Source: Lepidodermella squamata
Taxonomy: Eukaryota; Animalia; Gastrotricha
Reading direction: 5' to 3'
Assembly (NCBI GenBank): GCA_047495785.1
Contig: JBLDXI010000024.1
Span: 2,170,001-2,234,000, forward strand
DNA: 64,000 nt
Part shown: piece after piece, positions 11,449-23,038 of the stretch
Numbering within the stretch: the stretch's first letter is position 1
How the letters are laid out: each line of letters begins with the position of its first letter
Made by a program: the position numbers and the translations under genes
Notes under the pieces: model-generated
Database searches by the model: none
The model's input: only the letters and a program-made list of their open reading frames with translations
What the model was told of the DNA's origin: nothing

Positions 11449-11811
11449 TCATTTTGACATCAGGTTACTTGATAATTTACTGAAAATTGGCACGGGTTCA
11501 CGCCATTTTTGCATTGAAATTGAAGATTGGCTGCCAGAAAGACCGATTACTGAAAATATCGCTAACAGGCCAAAGAAGTTGATAGACGAAAATTGAAAAG
11601 CCGAATAAGCCGAATTCTTCACAGTTGGGGGCTGCGTGGTTGCAGTTGTAGTAGAAGGCTCAATCGTAGTAGTCGACGATTCCTTGGTTGAATTCGTCGC
11701 ATAGTCAAGCCAATTAGAAAGCGAATTCCAGACACCATAAGCGGAAACGCCAATAATTGAGAGCAAACTAGACCAAGCGGCTAAAACAATCAACACCAAA
11801 ATGTGGTTCAT
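11449..11811 (-). CDS. Short secreted Thr-rich paralogue (120 aa)
   Basis: Signal peptide MNHILVLIVLAAWSS, poly-Thr stalk, and NSA..QFSSINFFGLLAIF hydrophobic segment. Confidence 0.75.
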   Translation of the reverse strand: MNHILVLIVLAAWSSLLSIIGVSAYGVWNSLSNWLDYATNSTKESSTTTIEPSTTTATTQPPTVKNSAYSAFQFSSINFFGLLAIFSVIGLSGSQSSISMQKWREPVPIFSKLSSNLMSK

Positions 11812-12009
11812 TTTCCCCCCAAAAAACCAGCTAAAGACAATTGATTTGAAAATATTAAAAAAAAATTAAAAATATTTTTATTTTTCAACGGAGATTTTAA
11901 TTTTCAAATTAACAGATGATGCGTGCAAAAAACAAAAAATACAAAGATCGTCATTTTTACATCAGATGGTTGCATTGAAACTGGCTCAAATTCATGTCAT
12001 TTTTGCTGC

Positions 12010-12336
12010 TCAGCCCGAACGGTCGATTATCGAACGTATCGCCAACAAGCCAAAGAAGTTGATGGACGAAAATTGATGAGCCGAGTTCTCCGCAGTTGGA
12101 GACACCATGGTTGTAAATGAAGTAGGAGGCCCAGTAGAAGAAACCAGTAAACTTCGTGTAGTATCTGCATTGGTAGTAGTCGGCTGTGATGAAACATCGG
12201 CAGGAGTCGACCATTTTTTGTTTAAATTTCTTGGACCGTCGTAAGACCAAAAATCGACCCAATCAAAGAAATAGGAAGAAACGCCATCAATGGACAGCAT
12301 AGCAGCTGAAGCAATTAACACCAAAACTTGCCTCAT
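12010..12336 (-). CDS. Short secreted Thr-rich paralogue (108 aa)
   Basis: Signal peptide MRQVLVLIASAAML and NSAHQFSSINFFGLLAI tail shared with 11449-11811. Confidence 0.75.
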   Translation of the reverse strand: MRQVLVLIASAAMLSIDGVSSYFFDWVDFWSYDGPRNLNKKWSTPADVSSQPTTTNADTTRSLLVSSTGPPTSFTTMVSPTAENSAHQFSSINFFGLLAIRSIIDRSG

Positions 12337-12876
12337 TTCTTCTCGGAAAAATCAGACGGTAAAAAAATGACTAAAAAATCGAAAAAAGAAGTTGATAGGC
12401 GAGAGTTGATGAATCCAATCAGCAGGCGTTGGTTGCTTTGAATCGACGCTGTTGTTGCGGATTTTTCAGCAGCAACGATCAGCGATGTCTTCATTTCAGT
12501 CTATTTAAAACTTAAAAGTTGAAATTATGCTAAAAAGAGCGAAAAATTAGGCCAACAAATTGTCATGACGAAAATTAAATTCTTAAAATTTTATTACGGA
12601 ATTAATTTCAACAACAAATTCAGATCGTCATTTAAGAACATCAGATCTGACATTGAGCAATATAGTAATGTATAATTGGTATTTCAAGGTAACTATGAAT
12701 TAGAGATTCGGTTTCCAACAACAATTGTAGAAGACTTTTCGACAACAAAATTTCAGCACACCATCAACAAGAAATTTGTTTTGCGAAAACGAAAACATCA
12801 GTTAAAATGAGGCCTAAAATTCTAAAACTGTTCGATCAGTTGAAATAATTGAGTCATTTTTTCACTCCAGTTTAGT

Positions 12877-13167
12877 TCACAGGGCGAGAACAGTGACTGG
12901 CAGGAGGCAGATCAGACTGGCCGTAGCAACTGACAGCAATTGAACGGACGGCGCTGCGGATTTTGTTTGGTTGGTTGCAGCAGTGGTTACGCTGGCAGTT
13001 GTTGTAGACGACAGATGCGAATCATCGGTGCTACTCTGACCGGCGCCATTGATAGGTGTTGTAGACGTGGGATTCGAGGCTTGGGTCGTGCTACTCTGAT
13101 CGGCGCCCATGACAAGAGTGATCGCCAGCAATAGAACAGCGAAACCGAGAAAGCAGGTCGACTTCAT
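12877..13167 (-). CDS. Small GPI-anchored Ser/Thr-rich protein (96 aa)
   Basis: Signal peptide, S/T-rich core, and a C-terminal SAA + hydrophobic tail with no cytoplasmic residues. Confidence 0.8.
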   Translation of the reverse strand: MKSTCFLGFAVLLLAITLVMGADQSSTTQASNPTSTTPINGAGQSSTDDSHLSSTTTASVTTAATNQTKSAAPSVQLLSVATASLICLLPVTVLAL

Positions 13168-13568
13168 GATGATTGAAACGATGCAAAATTCAGATAACGA
13201 AACAACCTAAAAGTCAAAAGAAATAATCAGAAAATTCAGTGGAATAAAATCGAGAGAAATGACGATTTCGAATTATTACTGCGAGTGGCGTGTTTGCTGC
13301 CACGCGGTCGAAGAAAAAAAGCTTGACCTCAAGCACGCGATGCGCGTTTTATTGCCAAAAGAGTGCGTCCAACGAAAAAGTCGGCCGCGTTATCTCTCTC
13401 GTCGTCGCCGTCGTCGTCGTTCAACATTATTATTATTATTACTACACAAGGCCAAGCCGCACTTGAAAATTAATTGGCGAGACTGATAAAAGAACACCGG
13501 AAATGATAAAGCGATAAAATTAATTTTACGCTTGATAGTAAGTAAATTCAAGGCATTAACTCGAAATA

Positions 13569-14334
13569 ATGACCCAAAACAACGCTAATTGCGTTTATTG
13601 CGGAAAATCAGCGACGAAATTTCGACGATATTCTTGCCATGATATCAAAGGTAGGAAGAATTTTTTTATTTTTCAACAATTTTTCCATCATTTTATTTCA
13701 AGATTTAAAACCCTTCCGGGCACGAGCGTTTTCTGATTTTGGCCGATCGCCGTTTTTGAACGCGGCGGTGAATGGCAATCTCGATGTCATGAAGCGGCTC
13801 TTGCAACTCTGGCCAGTCGAAAGTTTAATCAACTCAGCAGATCGAACAGGGAAAACTGCTCTGCATTATTCGCTACTCCGGCTCAATTTTAGCCTTGAAA
13901 TGGTCGAATTTCTGCTAAATCAGCCTGGAATCGACGTGAATCAAGCGGATTTTTTCGGAGAAACGCCGCTGATGATTGCAGCCCGGCGAGGTTTTCTACC
14001 AGCTGTTGTCGTTTTAGTCAATTCAGGCGCCAATATTTCCCTTCGAAACCTTCACGGCAAAACAGCGACAATGATAGCGGCGGAGGTCGGCCTGGTGAAA
14101 ATCGTCAAATTTCTGCTGAAATCGAGTTCAAACCGCGAAGATTTAGCGACTGACGACAACGGGGAAGATGCGTTCATTCATGCGATTAGAAATCGTCACT
14201 TTCGATTAGCAAATTATTTGGCCAGAAAATCGAGCGATTTTCGCAAATTTCGAGCTAATCCACGCGATCTCGGACGATCAGCTTTAAAGATCACGTTATT
14301 GTTTCGAGCGCGTGGCTTGTTTGGCTTATTTTAA
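13569..14334 (+). CDS. Ankyrin-repeat protein (exons 13569-13650, 13702-14334)
   Basis: GRSPFLNAA, GKTALHYS, GETPLMIAA, GKTATMIAA and GEDAFIHAI ankyrin motifs. A phase-1 intron joins MTQNNANCVYC...IK to DLKPF. Confidence 0.88.
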
Positions 14335-15663
14335 TTTTTTGAATCGAGGTTAATTTATCGTAATAAAATTCGAATTATTTTATTTTCGGCTTTTTCGCAT
14401 GAATTTCATCGATTGTTTTTTCAGCTTTTGTGCCAATAATGTTGTAAATTGAGACAAATTCGAATTCCACATGGGATGAGTTTTTTCTTAGCTTTCTTGT
14501 TTACGCATTCGATCGCTTTTTTTCGTTCAGAAATTCACTCACGCAGTATTTATTGCATTTAACCAGCTCAATAAAAACGCGTAAAATGCCAGTTTCATTC
14601 ACTCTTTCATCGCTTCACGCTCAATTCGAACTGCGCTTAACCAGAATCAATCATTTTTGTATATAAGATGCGTAGTGTAGAGGTAATGAGTGGCTGGCTA
14701 TCCGGGGATTTTGTTAGAAATTTCTTCCGGCTACGTCGAAAGGTACAAGCTAATACACTCGTGATAGCTATTACAAGATATTGCACTAATGCTGAGAATA
14801 ACTTCCGGCAAAGCGTCAGCCTCTTCTTTTCGCGCAAAAATTTTCTTTAATGCGTTCAATTATTAAAAAAAAACGAGTTTATAATTATTTTAAGGTAGAT
14901 TTTTTATTTCTGATTTTTCGCCATATTTTCAGCGTAGTTAATGACTATTGTGGCCTTTTTATGACCATCGTCCAGCAATTCGGCGATCATTAAGTGGTGT
15001 TATTTCGGTGTGACAATTGATTTTACAAGTCTCGCTTGGCGACGATATATTTTATTAAGTATCATCATAATCAACGCCGGCCAGCGCTACATTTTTCGGG
15101 GTATACGCGCGCGCGAATCTCTCGGGAATTTAGGCCGCAAGCGAGAGCTCTTCGTCACTGCTCTAAAAATTCAACCGCAGCCTTGTCATGTGATACTGCG
15201 GCGCGCTGAATTCCTACATCATCATCGTCATCATCACCATCATTATCATTACTCCACATAGAAAAGGATAAAAATGCGCGAGTATTAAATAGTATAAGAA
15301 ATATTTATTCCTATATAAATACAGAAATTTCGCGCTATATGACAAATGACAAATGACAAAAAAGTGCGATGAAGCGACTCATCATTATATTTCGCGCGCC
15401 GGCTTTCCAGTACGCGGCGCGAAGAAAAATGATAATTATTATTATTATAATAATCCGCGCATTTTGATAATATTTCACACGCATCGCCATCATCATATTG
15501 CACCAAAGGGCGTTGAAATAAAAACTACTTTTTGTCGCCTTTGTTTTTTCTTCTGTTTTATAGATTGAAGTAAATACCGCTGCGAGGCAAGATGAAAATT
15601 CGCAGGCGGTATTATTATTTTTACTTAATTTCTCGAAATTACCTAATACTTTGAAAATATATT

Positions 15664-16248
15664 ATGCACCTTGCGTTAATTTCGGCGATTTGTTTCTGGC
15701 TCGATTTCTTTTGGTTCTCGTCGGCTGAAAATTACTACACGCGCTTGCCGAGGCGAATCCTACTGCCATCCGAGGCATTTGTGACCAGCGACGACCACGA
15801 GGGCGACGCGACCGAGGCGCCTAAATTAAGGCGCGCCCAGGCGCCGGTGTCGACGTTCGGCCGCGGCCGCGACATGGCGTGTTACTTTTGCAGTGATTGC
15901 CGAAATAACGCGCCGATGATGGCATCGGTGAACTGCACGCGGTTCGGCGTCGCCAATGCCATCGGCTGTACGACCATCACGATGACGTATGCAAACGGGC
16001 GCCAGTCGACGCGCCGCCGGTGTATCAACGAGGCTGATACGTGGCTGTGCAAGGCCGCGGTCACGCATGACCGCAGTGACGTGCGCGTCGAACACGCCTG
16101 CTGTTACGAGCCGTTTTGCAACCGCGTCGGCGTCAGGTCGTCGTCAACTTCAGTTATTCTATCACTGCACCACCCGCCGTTTCGAATAATAATGCCCAGC
16201 TTAATTTCATCAGCGATATTTTCACTCGTAATATCGCGTGATTTTTGA
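15664..16248 (+). CDS. Ly6/uPAR (three-finger, quiver/sleepless-like) GPI-anchored protein
   Basis: Signal peptide, CYFC...C...C...C...C...CCYEPFCN three-finger Cys pattern, and a hydrophobic C-terminus. Confidence 0.85.
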   Translation: MHLALISAICFWLDFFWFSSAENYYTRLPRRILLPSEAFVTSDDHEGDATEAPKLRRAQAPVSTFGRGRDMACYFCSDCRNNAPMMASVNCTRFGVANAIGCTTITMTYANGRQSTRRRCINEADTWLCKAAVTHDRSDVRVEHACCYEPFCNRVGVRSSSTSVILSLHHPPFRIIMPSLISSAIFSLVISRDF

Positions 16249-17886
16249 AGAAGAATTCTATGAGATTCATGTCCCAATAATCGGCAATTATACCTCAAAT
16301 TATTACCTTTTCGGCATGTTTCTAAAGTTTCATAAATGAAATTTACCGCCATATTTTTGCCGCAAAACCGCTCTGCTAATTGTACGCAAATTATATTACA
16401 CGATTTGATGTTTTTTCGATGAGACAGTTGGAATAAAGTGCTGGAAAGAATCATGCAATCTGAAGTGGTCTCATGTTACGCCTCGCAGGTTAAGGTCAGC
16501 AGTCAGCAATCAGTTAGCCCTAATCTTGTCGGCTGCAATCGATTTCCTGTATTCCGAATGTTAAACTTGTATCACAAATCGCAAGTAACAATGAACGGCG
16601 CACTTTTATAAAAGAAAAATCAGTTCTCAGAGTTTCTACCGTAGCGATGGTTAACATGCTTTTTAAGGTTGAAATTCCGAAAATTAAAGCAAAGGTGTGC
16701 AAGGCGATTCCTGAATTTAGTTGAAATCGAAAGAATTTTGGTATTTTTTCCTGATTTTTGGCAATTTAAAACATTTTTTGCTGATCTTGATAAATGAGCG
16801 GTAATTTCGCACGCTCATTAGCATATTCGATGGCCCCAAGATTCGCCGTTGAAATGTTGGCATAATCTCTGAGATTGTTTTCGATTTTAAGTTTGTCCTC
16901 CATTTCAAAGAGATTATGGACACCTAATATGTTGCCTAATTTTATTCAGACATATTTGATCATTTTTTGATAATTGCAAAGATTTTTTAAGGATCGAGTA
17001 AAAGGATCCCCAGAGCTTGCAATTTTCCTTTGAAATTTCAGTTTTTGCGAATTGGGAATTTTATTCAATCACAAGCCAAGAGTATCTACTGTGTCCATAA
17101 TTACCTCGCGTATAACGAAGCTATAAAAAAAATTCAGAATTTCAGGAGCAACAATGATGCCAAGGGTGATTCGCCTAATTAAGGCTGACACTTTGATGAA
17201 TCGTGAAAAGCAAAAAAATAAATGTTGATAATTATTAACATAGCATGCAAAGCGAATTATTACAGGATTTAACACACCCATTACCAGTAGTCAAATATAA
17301 ATGAGAGCCACCTTAATACGTAGAGCACATTTTTATCAGGACTATACAACATTATTTTTCCATTATTAACGCAAGAACGCAAAGACTGCGATAACACATT
17401 AAAATCATTGTAATTCACGCGGCTGTTTTACATAATAATATTATTAGGCGAATACGTATAGTAAAAAGTACCAGACTGGTACCACCACACTGATGCTTAG
17501 CTCTCTCTACCCACCCAGCTGAATGTACGCATGCCATTTTTCAACTGAGTTGTAGTATATTGTAAAGGGTGTTTACTGACTAGTATAGTATCAGTCGATG
17601 TTTGTAGCCCTGAATATTATTCAATGCCTCGGCAAATTAGCAAAATTTACACGTTGCAAACTACGTGTTGATTACCTGAATGCTTTTCGTAAAACAAGGA
17701 CTGAAATACACTATACACGCGCTAGCCTAGTTATACTATATAGGAAACACAATGAATTTAGGAAAAAATGCTCATTTTTTATTTGCTATTACGTGAATTT
17801 TTTTCCTATAATCAATTTTTTAATTGAGTGAACTCACACCGGGTCATTTTCTCAATTTCCCAGAATTTTTCCAGAATTATTAAATC

Positions 17887-20388
17887 ATGCCACAAGATAT
17901 TCCTATACCTCGTTGCATCGTGCTGAACAACGCCGAAAATGAAAAATGTATCAGGATGATGTCTCAACCGAAATCCGCTGTATGTTTTATTTTTCGTTCA
18001 TTTTAAGGAAAAAATCTAATTTTATCTTGTAATTCAAGGCTCTTGCAATAGGCGTTGTCCAGCTGATGGTCACTGACCCTCCGAAACACGACGCATGGCG
18101 CAAAAAAGCCGCCGGTGTCGTCGGCTTCATCAAAGACTGGACTCGCAAGTCTTTCTTCATTCGCTTGTTCGATTTCGATGCTGAACGAGTCATTTGGGAA
18201 CAAGAATTGTTCGAAGAGTTGACAGAAATCAAGCTCGACTACGACATTCCATTCCTGTTTTTTGAGGCTGAAGTAAAAAAATTGCGATTTAATTCTTAAT
18301 TAATTTAATTCTATTTCCCCTCAGGATTGTAATGCCGGTCTTCTATTCGTGAACCCAGACGACTGCGCCAATTTTAAAACTGCTGTTGAATCTAAGCTGA
18401 AAAATCGAAAACCTGCTACCGGCGAGCCATCGGAGAAAAAGCGGAATAGTGTTAAGCGGCGCAATTCGAAAGCCGTTGAGCCTATCGTAGTTCAAGAGAC
18501 TGTTGTTGAAGAAGTTCAGGTTTCTAAATCCTCTCCGCCTGCAGCCGCTGCTACCCCAACCGAAAGTGATGCGAAAGATTCTGGCAAAAGTAGCGGATTT
18601 TTCGGGTTTCTTCATCTCAGTGAGTCACATTAAAAATAATCTGCCTTAAAAAATTAGCTTTTCAACATTTTTACAGAAACAAAAGAGCTTGTCATGGGGA
18701 GTGGATCTTCCGAACTGCAGAATCGACTGACAATGGAACAAGCGTTAGCACAAGGGCAAAAACAGAGCGAAAAAGGCGGGAAAAAATCGAAAGGGAAAAA
18801 GGGCAAAGGTGAAGAGAGGAGGCTAGAAATTTCAGCCCCAATTATGGAAACCTTCCGCGTTGAATCCCATTTCGGCAGCGACACAGCAAGCACCATCGAC
18901 GTAAGAAATTATTTTTGTAAATTTGTTAAAAGGGAATTATGTTAATTTTTTTTAGTTTAATGACCCCGCTCTCATCAACATGTTGCAAGGTGTCGGAATA
19001 AAGACTGTTAATGAGAAAAATGCTCAATTCATCGAAGATTTCGTCAAACAAAACGGCGGTATGGATGAAGTTAGGAAGCAGTACGCCGTTGTACCCGGCC
19101 CGGGTAGTAACCAATCAGGCCCGCAAATACCGAACCACCGGCCGCCGCCTGCCCCGTCAAAACCTACCCCGGCTCAGTTCGACCCGCAAAACCCGCCAGC
19201 TTTGCCGCCTCGACAGCCTAATAATAACAATCAAAAGCCGCCAATTAGCCAGGGCCCGCCGGCTAATCGCGGCCCATTGCCGCCGCTACCGCCTCGAACT
19301 CGAAGTCCGACTAGTGATTCATTTGGAAGTTCGGGTAATTTGAGCCTAAGTTCAGCTCCTCCACCACCTCCCCCGCCTCCCCCGCCATACCAAGGCAAGT
19401 TTTTTTTATTTTTTTTTTATTGCAGATTTGTATTTTAATGGATGATTTTTGAATATGTTGATGTTATTAATTATAATTAATTAAAAAAAATTATCAAATT
19501 AAAAATTTAAATTAATTAATTTAAATTATTTAACTAATAATTTTTTAATTTTTCAATCCAGGGAAAAATAATAACGGAGCTCCTGCACCTCCTCCACCGC
19601 CGCCTCCTCCCCCACCCCCACCACCACCACCACCTCATGCAGGTGGAACCCCGCCGCCGCCCCCACCGCCGCCACCAGGTGGGGCGCCTCCGGGTGCCGG
19701 ACGGGCGCCACCTCCGAAACCAGCACACACTGCAGCACCAGAGGGTAAAAATGCGCTGCTAGACTCAATTCGAAACCATGGCGGTGTAAATGGCCTTCGA
19801 AAAGTTCAATCTGACGACGGCGATGAAAATAGCAGCTCGGCCGGTGAGCGGAAGCCTTCGCTACCTGCCGGTGGTGGCGATCCGCGAAACCAGCTTTTGT
19901 CCCTTATTCAGCAGGGTGTCAAGTTGAAATCGGTGGGTCCGCCGGGTACGAACAAGCCGACCGGGCCGAAACCTGCCCGGCAATCGGCTGGCAATAAGGA
20001 TGAAGACGGCGATTTCACTCCGAGGCCGTCGGTTGGCAACGATTTGGCTTCTTCTCTCCGGAACGCTCTCACTTTGCGACGTGACTTGCTTGAACAATGT
20101 AATTTTTGAATATTTTTCTGTTCTTAAAATATTCAGCATTTTCCCAGATATTTAGCAAGATTTCTGTACTTCAAAATAATTATCAAGAAATTTTTCAAAA
20201 TAATTTAGCGCCGCTTAATTTGAGGTTCAAATTCCGATACCGAAAATCACTGATTTTTAAAATCGATACTTTGAATCGATATCGGAAAATTTTGCTGTGC
20301 TTTAAATTAATGTTAATCATTTATTTCCTTTTCAGCATCGGATGACGAATCAGATTCTGACGACGATGACGACGAATGGGACGATTAG
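17887..20388 (+). CDS. WASp: WASP/N-WASP actin nucleation-promoting factor (7 exons)
   Basis: WH1 domain (W..KAAGVVGFIKD...IWEQEL...FEAEDCNAGLLF), basic region, CRIB (EISAPIMETFRVESHFG), polyproline, two WH2 (ALLDSIRNHGGVNGLRKV, QLLSLIQQGVKLKSV), central helix, and acidic DDDDEWDD* end. All splice phases are consistent. Confidence 0.95.
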
Positions 20389-20598
20389 AAAATTCCAGAA
20401 TGACCATCAGCGCTTTGATAATCAAAAAATTGCTCGCCGATATTTTTTCGTTGCAATATTCCAAAAAATACTGCTAAAGATATTTTTACTTGATTCCTTT
20501 ACCAGATACTATAATTTGTCATTCTTGATTATTTTATTTCACCTTATATATTGAAGAAATCGAACAAAAAATGATGACGAATAAAATTGACTGCAATT

Positions 20599-22121
20599 TT
20601 ATCGAACAAGAACAGCAGCCACGGTAGAATATCCAGCATCAAAAACGTCCTTAATTTTGTTTTTATCCCAAACGAAGGGCTCCAAATCATTGATAGCTAA
20701 AACCGTTTGCGGTGAGATTCAAGGGCGGCTGATTGATTCTTGATTTTTATGAACGACTCGAAGCGCCATTCATGGACATTAACCGAATCATTGCGATGAG
20801 AACCGATTTCTTTCTCGCATTTATGCGGCCGATCAGTGTGATTTTCCGGCATTGAATAGCAGATACCGAACGTAAGGACGTCCATCATCGCGTTTGGTTG
20901 GTCTTTGAAATTTTCATAGGACCAATGAATGGCGACATGGGGTGTTAGAGACCGATTCGCAATTTCAGGCGAAATCCCGGCATCCTCAGGAGTCAGTGAT
21001 ATTTTGTCAGAATTGCCGAAAGATTGCGGCGAATTTCTTTCGCCGATCTCCCAGTAGTAGTTATCGCGCTGGTGGTACCACAAATAGGCGCAAATTATGT
21101 TGAACTGGGAGTAGGGCTTATTCGCAACAATCCAAGCCATCGCTTCGTCGAATGTGGCAGTTTTCAGCTGTTGGCGAATGTGTTCGCGAATTAGAGGCAA
21201 ATGAGCGATTTTTATCACAACAGGAAAGTAGGTCATGCAGTTGAAAGGCTCTGAAAAGTTTGGTTAATTTATTAACAATTAATAAAAATTATTAATAAAT
21301 TAATTTTAATTATTTATTAATTTTTTGCATTTTTAAGAAATTGTATTCAGTTGAATTTTGAATTTAATTTTTTGGGATATTTTACCTTTTCTTCCTATTG
21401 CAGCGTAAGTCATTTCGGGAACTTTAGCCCACCACGCATCTCTCGGTTGACCTTGAAGTGGCCTGATAATTGGCCTATTTAGGTCATCAAACAAATCTCG
21501 CCGGCCAACTCGAGTGACAAAAACCGTATCCGAATCGACAAAGCCAACAAATTCAGCCGATTGAGTCGTAAAATTATCCGCCCAGAACATCATCCATTGC
21601 TGCCGGTCGTGGCCTTTCATCTCAAACAGCACTGGTGGGACTGAGTTGAAGTCCAGCTTAAAAATCGAATTATTCGAGCAATCGATATTGAAAGAATCGA
21701 TAGCTGCTAGTTTCATGTTATCAACAGCTTGATTTGGATATAATTCCGAATCAGTCACGACCAGCAGGGTAGTACCGGCTGATTTTAAGGGCAAAAATAG
21801 GCTGAAAGATGGCAAAAATAGGTGTTGAAACTCTTGAACACTGCTCTCGATCGGCGCTAAGGGTAGGAAAATATCGATTTTCGGCCAATTTGAACTGCTG
21901 TCATGTCGAAAATTATCAACAAATTCGCATGTGATATTAAGGGGGATGTAGGATCGTGTGAATAGGGCGCCATAGAGCCATTCGGTTTTGTAAACTATCA
22001 AATAGCTCAAGGTCAGAAAAATCGAGAGTAAAACCGCTGTTGTGGCGAAAAAGCAGCCTGACAACGAGCAGCGCGCTTTTCGATTTCGCGGAGTTGTAAT
22101 AAAAGGTGCTTCAGCGTCCAT
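20599..22121 (-). CDS. Type II membrane DxD glycosyltransferase-like protein (exons 22121-21386, 21250-20697/20599; apparent 1-nt frameshift near 20700)
   Basis: N-terminal TM anchor, QQWMMFWAD and VGFVDSDTVF (DxD) motifs, and a phase-1 intron joining GRK|EPFNCMTYFP. Confidence 0.7.
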
Positions 22122-23038
22122 AATTATAGATAAATATCATACTCTCTGATGGAAAAAATAGGAGATCGAGATGATTTTAATTAGCAATTTTTTTCTGTCC
22201 TAATCATTCTCGCAGCATGCAATAATTGATAAGCCGGAATCAAAAAGTAATTCTCGCCAAATTAATTGAAGAGATATGCCGCGGTTGATAGGCTTCAAGC
22301 GAGGTGTCTCTAGGTGAGGATTAACATCATCCCCTTTTAATTAGATTCAAATCGTTTGCGGCTGATTGATTAAACCCTAAAAAACGGTATACTACCTTTA
22401 ATGAAATGACTCTTAAAGCAAATAAATATAACGATGAAAAGCTTGTCTTCAATTATTTGATAATTAATGATTGGAGAACGCCTAATAATAGAAATCATTT
22501 TCTAATCAAACATGACATTTTGAATTTATTGATTATTTTTGTTAAAATATATAGAAATTGAGTGATTTTTTTTCAATATTATTTTGAGACGATGCACGCA
22601 CTCAGTGATTAATCCTTCAGGAAAATAAGCAGGAGATCGCCGGACATGTGAATTAGAAAAAACTAGGGCAGCCATTCGATGTGACTATGGGGACATGAAG
22701 AAACAAGTTAATAATTACTCCTATAGCGCTGAGGACAATGTAAGGATGCTCTACAGTGGGAATGATAATACAGTTGAAGGCGAATTTACTATTATTATCA
22801 GCATTTTCTTGTTATTCAATTGTTTGGTCACCTGTTATAGCAGCAGATAGAACTAGCTTTGTAAGCTTGGCTCCTCTCTCTTTCTCTCTCCTCTAGCACA
22901 CGAAGAGATCATCCTTAAAAAAATTGGCTAGAAAGTGGGAACGTTTTCATGAATAATTGAAAAAAATATTCATGTTTCAAAATCAACAATTTTTTTATTT
23001 ATTTGAAAACAACAACAAACAGGCTGAATTTTTGATCA

